Assembly: GCA_026708545.1 (NCBI GenBank)
Contig: JAPOUT010000109.1
Span: 70,609 to 134,608, forward strand
DNA length: 64,000 nucleotides
Origin: Hyphomicrobiales bacterium
Lineage (GTDB): Bacteria > Pseudomonadota > Alphaproteobacteria > JAPOUT01
Direction of reading: 5' to 3'
The notes below the pieces were generated by a model. The model did no database searches, was not told the DNA's origin, and saw only the letters and a program-made list of their open reading frames with translations. Below, piece by piece: positions 58,312 through 64,000 of the stretch; within the stretch, counting starts at the first letter, position 1; each line of letters starts with the position of its first letter. The translations under genes and the position numbers were made by a program.

Positions 58312-59584
58312 TCCCTCGCACCAGATATTTCCAGCCAACGAGTTGCTCCGCACCGACAGGTCCACGCGCATGGAACTTACCTGTTGCGATTCCGATTTCG
58401 GCTCCCATGCCGAGTTCACCACCGTCGGCAAATTGCGTTGAAGCGTTGTGGAGCAGAATGGCACTGTCGACGTTACGGAAGAATTGCGCGACCGCATCCG
58501 CATCCTCGCTGACAATGCTTTCAGTGTGCCCGGATCCGTATGCAGCGATATGTTCGATAGCTCCCCTAACTCCATCGACAACTCCAAGCGTGATGATTTT
58601 ATCGAGATATTCTTTGCTCCAATCTTCTCCGGTTGCGGCTTTTATATCGGGATAAATTTGCCGCGCACGATTGTCGCCACGGATTTCGCAACCGTGTTCA
58701 CGCAGAGTTGACGCCAATGCGCTGACATACTCTTGCGCACAGGCTGAATCGACCAGGAGAGTTTCCGCGGCACCGCAGATGCCGGTGCGTCTAAGTTTTG
58801 AGTTGACAACGATTTCGCATGCCATGTCTAAGCGTGCGGATTTATCTACATAGACATGGCAAACACCTTCGAGGTGACCGAAAACGGGAACGCGCGCCTT
58901 ATCCCAAACCAACTCGACCAGCGAGCGGCCACCGCGCGGCACGATAACGTCAATGCAACCGTCCAAACCTGCGAGCATTTCGCTAACGGACCTGCGTTCG
59001 CGGGTCGGCACCAGCGCTATCGCCGCTCTCGGGAGTCCTGCGTGCTCAAGTCCTGCAACAACGCATCGATGCAAGGCCCGGTTAGAGTGAAAACTTTCGG
59101 AACCGCCACGCAGAATGGCTCCGTTCCCGGATTTGATGCACAAGCACGCGGCATCAAGGGTGACGCCCGGACGTGACTCATAAATCATCCCGATAACTCC
59201 CAACGGTGTTGCCATTCGCTCGATTTGTAATCCGTTGGGGCGCTCCCAAGACGCAAGCACGCGCAAGGGATCCGGCAATACAGCGATTTCTTTCAAGGCG
59301 GAAACAAAGCCTTCGAGACGTTTTTCATCGAGAGAGAGTCGGTCAAGTTTTGCCTCGCTCAACCCGGATTCCTGCGCCGCGGACATGTCTTTAATGTTGG
59401 ATTCGAGGATTTCGGATACACGACCGGTAACCTCGTTCGCGATTGCGTAAATGGCCTGCGTTCGAGTCTCCCCTGATGTCAACGCCAAAGACTTTGCCGC
59501 TTCTCGTGCCTCCCGGGCTAGCATTAATAGCGAGTCTCTTGATATATCCGGCGCATTCGATTTCATCGAAGTCACATTCGCCAT
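58292..59584 (-). CDS. proA: Gamma-glutamyl phosphate reductase
   Basis: PLGVIGMIYESRP, LRGGSE, RTGICGAAET, NASTQFADGGE.G.GAEIGI and HARGP. Confidence 0.97.
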   Translation of the reverse strand: MANVTSMKSNAPDISRDSLLMLAREAREAAKSLALTSGETRTQAIYAIANEVTGRVSEILESNIKDMSAAQESGLSEAKLDRLSLDEKRLEGFVSALKEIAVLPDPLRVLASWERPNGLQIERMATPLGVIGMIYESRPGVTLDAACLCIKSGNGAILRGGSESFHSNRALHRCVVAGLEHAGLPRAAIALVPTRERRSVSEMLAGLDGCIDVIVPRGGRSLVELVWDKARVPVFGHLEGVCHVYVDKSARLDMACEIVVNSKLRRTGICGAAETLLVDSACAQEYVSALASTLREHGCEIRGDNRARQIYPDIKAATGEDWSKEYLDKIITLGVVDGVRGAIEHIAAYGSGHTESIVSEDADAVAQFFRNVDSAILLHNASTQFADGGELGMGAEIGIATGKFHARGPVGAEQLVGWKYLVRGSGQLRP

Positions 59585-59585
59585 T

Positions 59586-61738
<2,153 letters not shown>

Positions 61739-61766
61739 CTAAAGAGGGTGCAAAAGTTCAGCTCGC

Positions 61767-62030
61767 TTAGGAGCCCTCCGGCGTCGGTACAACGAAGGCT
61801 TTCGTCTTACCTTTAGATTTGCGGAAACCGACGGTCCCATCAACAAGAGCGAACAGAGTGTGATCGCGTCCCATTCCGACGTGCTCGCCCGCGTGCCACT
61901 TGGAGCCCCGCTGACGCACGATAATCCCGCCACAAAAGATTTGCTCCCCGGCGAATTTTTTGACTCCGAGACGTCGTCCGGCAGAATCCCTTCCGTTGCG
62001 TGACGCGCCTCCTGCTTTCTTGTGTGCCAT
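61767..62030 (-). CDS. rpmA: 50S ribosomal protein L27
   Basis: [15 protein letters not shown]...RLGVK, RQRG and G.DHTLFA. Confidence 0.98.
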   Translation of the reverse strand: MAHKKAGGASRNGRDSAGRRLGVKKFAGEQIFCGGIIVRQRGSKWHAGEHVGMGRDHTLFALVDGTVGFRKSKGKTKAFVVPTPEGS

Positions 62031-62035
62031 TGTGG

Positions 62036-62734
62036 TTATTCCTTCTTGTCTTTGTTTTTCGCCAAGGTTTTTGCCGCCTTGACGACATCCTCGTTCTTGA
62101 TGATTTTTGCAAGGGCTGGCTCTTTCTCGATCTCAGCGAGAATTGCGTCCCCGGGCCGAATAATGTCCTCGTAGTATTTGATTCCCGCCTTATGGAGCTT
62201 TTTCTCGGTTGCCTCGCCGACACCGGGAAGTTCCGTAAGTTTGTCGGGTTTTTGTTCGGGTGCCGGCGTTTTCGTTTCGGCGGCCGTTTTCTTCGTCGCC
62301 GTTGTTTTGGCAACAGACGCTTTCGGCGCGGCTTTCGGAGTCGTTTTTGCCGCCGTCTTGGTTGCGACTTTCTTTGCAGGCCTCCCGGCAGAGAGCTCGG
62401 GGAAGAGTTCCTTGGGGGCTTCGATGCCGTCAATGCGCAACCATGTCATCTGCTGGCGATGACCGAGAGTGCGTTTATATTTTTTGCGACGCTTCTTTTT
62501 AAAGACCCTAATTTTTGGGAGTCTGTCCTGCTTGATAATTTCGGCGTGGACGCACGCATCGGCAATAAGGGGTTCGCCTGCGACCGTCACCCCTTCTGCA
62601 TCTCCCGAACCGAGCATGAGAACATCGCGCAGGGCAACCTGCGCGCCGACTTCGCCGGGGAGCTTTTCAACGGCGATGGTTTGTTCCTGTTGGACGCGGT
62701 ATTGTTTACCGCCGCTTTTGATGATTGCAAACAT
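62036..62734 (-). CDS. rplU: 50S ribosomal protein L21 with C-terminal Ala/Lys/Thr linker and HhH domain
   Basis: [22 protein letters not shown]....GHRQ; tail contains [10 protein letters not shown]. Confidence 0.96.
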   Translation of the reverse strand: MFAIIKSGGKQYRVQQEQTIAVEKLPGEVGAQVALRDVLMLGSGDAEGVTVAGEPLIADACVHAEIIKQDRLPKIRVFKKKRRKKYKRTLGHRQQMTWLRIDGIEAPKELFPELSAGRPAKKVATKTAAKTTPKAAPKASVAKTTATKKTAAETKTPAPEQKPDKLTELPGVGEATEKKLHKAGIKYYEDIIRPGDAILAEIEKEPALAKIIKNEDVVKAAKTLAKNKDKKE

Positions 62735-62821
62735 GCAGAACCGGTTGAAACCGCCTCACTTGATAATCTAGAGAACATTCCTTTCCCCCGCCACGGAGAA
62801 TATAGCCTTACGGAACTCCTG

Positions 62822-63370
62822 TCAACCTACGGATTTTTTGGGTGCGAGCACCATGCTCATCTGCCAGCCCTCCATTTTGGGCTCGGCCTCGATTTTGGCG
62901 ACTTCATCCACCTCTTCGCATATTCGCTCAAGAAGTTTCTCGCCGAGATGCGGGTGCGCCATTTCCCTGCCCCGGAAGCGCAGGGAAACTTTGACTTTGT
63001 CGCCCTCTTCGAGGAATCTGCGCATAGCTCTCATTTTGAACTCGTAATCGTGAACATCGATATTGGGGCGCATCTTGATCTCCTTGACCGTAATCACGCG
63101 CTGGCGCTTGCGGGCCTCGTTCGCCTTCTTTTGCTCTTGGTATTTGAATTTCCCGTAATCAAGGAGTTTGCAGACTGGAGGATCTGCGTTTGCGGATACC
63201 TCGACGAGGTCAAGTCCCTTTTCTTCAGCGAGATTGAGAGCATCGCTTAACGACATGACTCCCTCCTTCTCGCCGGTAGCGCCTATGAGCAGGATATTTT
63301 CGGCTTCGATGGCAGCATTGATGCGGGGCCCGTCTGCGGATTTGGCGGGCTCGGGTTTTGGAATATTCAT
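62822..63370 (-). CDS. infC: Translation initiation factor IF-3
   Basis: GPRIN, LDLVEV, PPVCK..DYGKFKY, KEIK.RP and GDKVK...RFRGRE. Confidence 0.97.
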   Translation of the reverse strand: MNIPKPEPAKSADGPRINAAIEAENILLIGATGEKEGVMSLSDALNLAEEKGLDLVEVSANADPPVCKLLDYGKFKYQEQKKANEARKRQRVITVKEIKMRPNIDVHDYEFKMRAMRRFLEEGDKVKVSLRFRGREMAHPHLGEKLLERICEEVDEVAKIEAEPKMEGWQMSMVLAPKKSVG

Positions 63371-63481
63371 TCCGGCTTATGCGGATGCTTTTCCGATTTT
63401 GTTTCTTCCGTCAAGGATGCTTTCCTTTTTATTTTCGAAATAGTGTGCTGGATGAAAAAATTATAGCAATCGCAGGAAAAG

Positions 63482-64000
63482 TCAAGGGGTATTCAGGATT
63501 TGTCGATAAAGTTCCAGCGTTTTGTTGCACATCTGCTCAAGGGAGAATTTTGCAACGGCACGGGTTCGGGCCCTCTGCCCTATCTCTTTGCGTTTCGATG
63601 CCTCCAAAGCGGCGACTTCCTCAAGTGCCCGTGCCAGCGCTTCGGCATTGCCGACCTCAACAAGCCATCCGGTTCGCGCGGACGGGTCCGTTCGAATGGT
63701 CTCTCGAAAGCCCCCGATGTCCGAAGCGATGACGATCCGCTGCATTGCCTGCGCCTCGACGGCGATTCTCCCGAAGGGTTCGGCAAACACGGAGGGTGCA
63801 ACGACAACATCGGCGGCAGCATAGGCAAGCGGAATGTCGTCGGCATTGATTGCGCCGGCGAAAACGACATCGCTTTCCAAGCCGAGCGCGACGACGCGTT
63901 GATGCAGTGATTCCAGATAGACGCGTCCGGATGCTTTCGCGGTGTCACCCACGATGACTCCCAAGGGCCTTGGCGATTTCATTTGCGCAAGCGCTTCGAT
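63482..64000 (-). CDS. Glycosyltransferase family 4, 5' end outside the window
   Basis: AADVVV.PS...EPFG...VEAQAM...VIAS..GG..E and C-terminal FS...M.......Y. Confidence 0.88.
   Translation of the reverse strand: MEALAQMKSPRPLGVIVGDTAKASGRVYLESLHQRVVALGLESDVVFAGAINADDIPLAYAAADVVVAPSVFAEPFGRIAVEAQAMQRIVIASDIGGFRETIRTDPSARTGWLVEVGNAEALARALEEVAALEASKRKEIGQRARTRAVAKFSLEQMCNKTLELYRQILNTP

Noticed and set aside
58312-58587. Extended NadD N-terminus
   Set aside because: It is an alternate-frame overlap with the proA 3' end; NadD homology starts near 58311.
62000-63250. 416-aa plus-strand ORF
   Set aside because: Antisense to rplU and infC with no recognisable motifs. The same applies to 16373-17344, 34900-35700 and 46816-47616.

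Overview
A gene-dense alphaproteobacterial chromosome segment, mostly housekeeping. In order it carries ntrY (partial), ispDF-pgpA, ispE/TPR/ppk1/hdaA, cobD, hemB, ssb-gyrA-coaD-ppi-tRNA-Lys, uvrA, a nine-gene corrin-ring cluster (cbiX cobH cobL cobI cbiG-cobJ cobM / cobK cbiD / cobB), a LigE-like GST with gshA, maf, infA, lolA, ftsK and hisN. It continues with a mosaic block (PraR-like XRE, FAD-oxidoreductase fragment, eutB, doeA/eutD, atypical citrate synthase), pstSCAB-phoU, tRNA-Ser, hisS-hisZ-hisG, ATPase zeta subunit, purB, radC, map, sfsA, tRNA-Leu, nadD, proAB, obgE, rpmA, rplU, infC and a partial glycosyltransferase. I found no CRISPR array, intact transposase, integrase, prophage or defence system, and I cannot claim a clear new system. 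The most notable patterns are: (i) regulators missing from their usual conserved positions (dusB-ntrBC, phoB/phoR, ppx, LexA box, B12 riboswitch); (ii) a recurrent leaderless-promoter signature (TAnnnT 5-7 nt before the start codon) on about nine genes; (iii) a minimal rearranged ectoine-catabolism block with an actinobacterial-looking citrate synthase; (iv) a hairpin covering the ribosome-binding site of the first B12 gene; and (v) two long, hairpin-rich unexplained spacers (ssb-uvrA and pstS-tRNA-Ser). Gene calls come from motif recognition only; no database searches were run.
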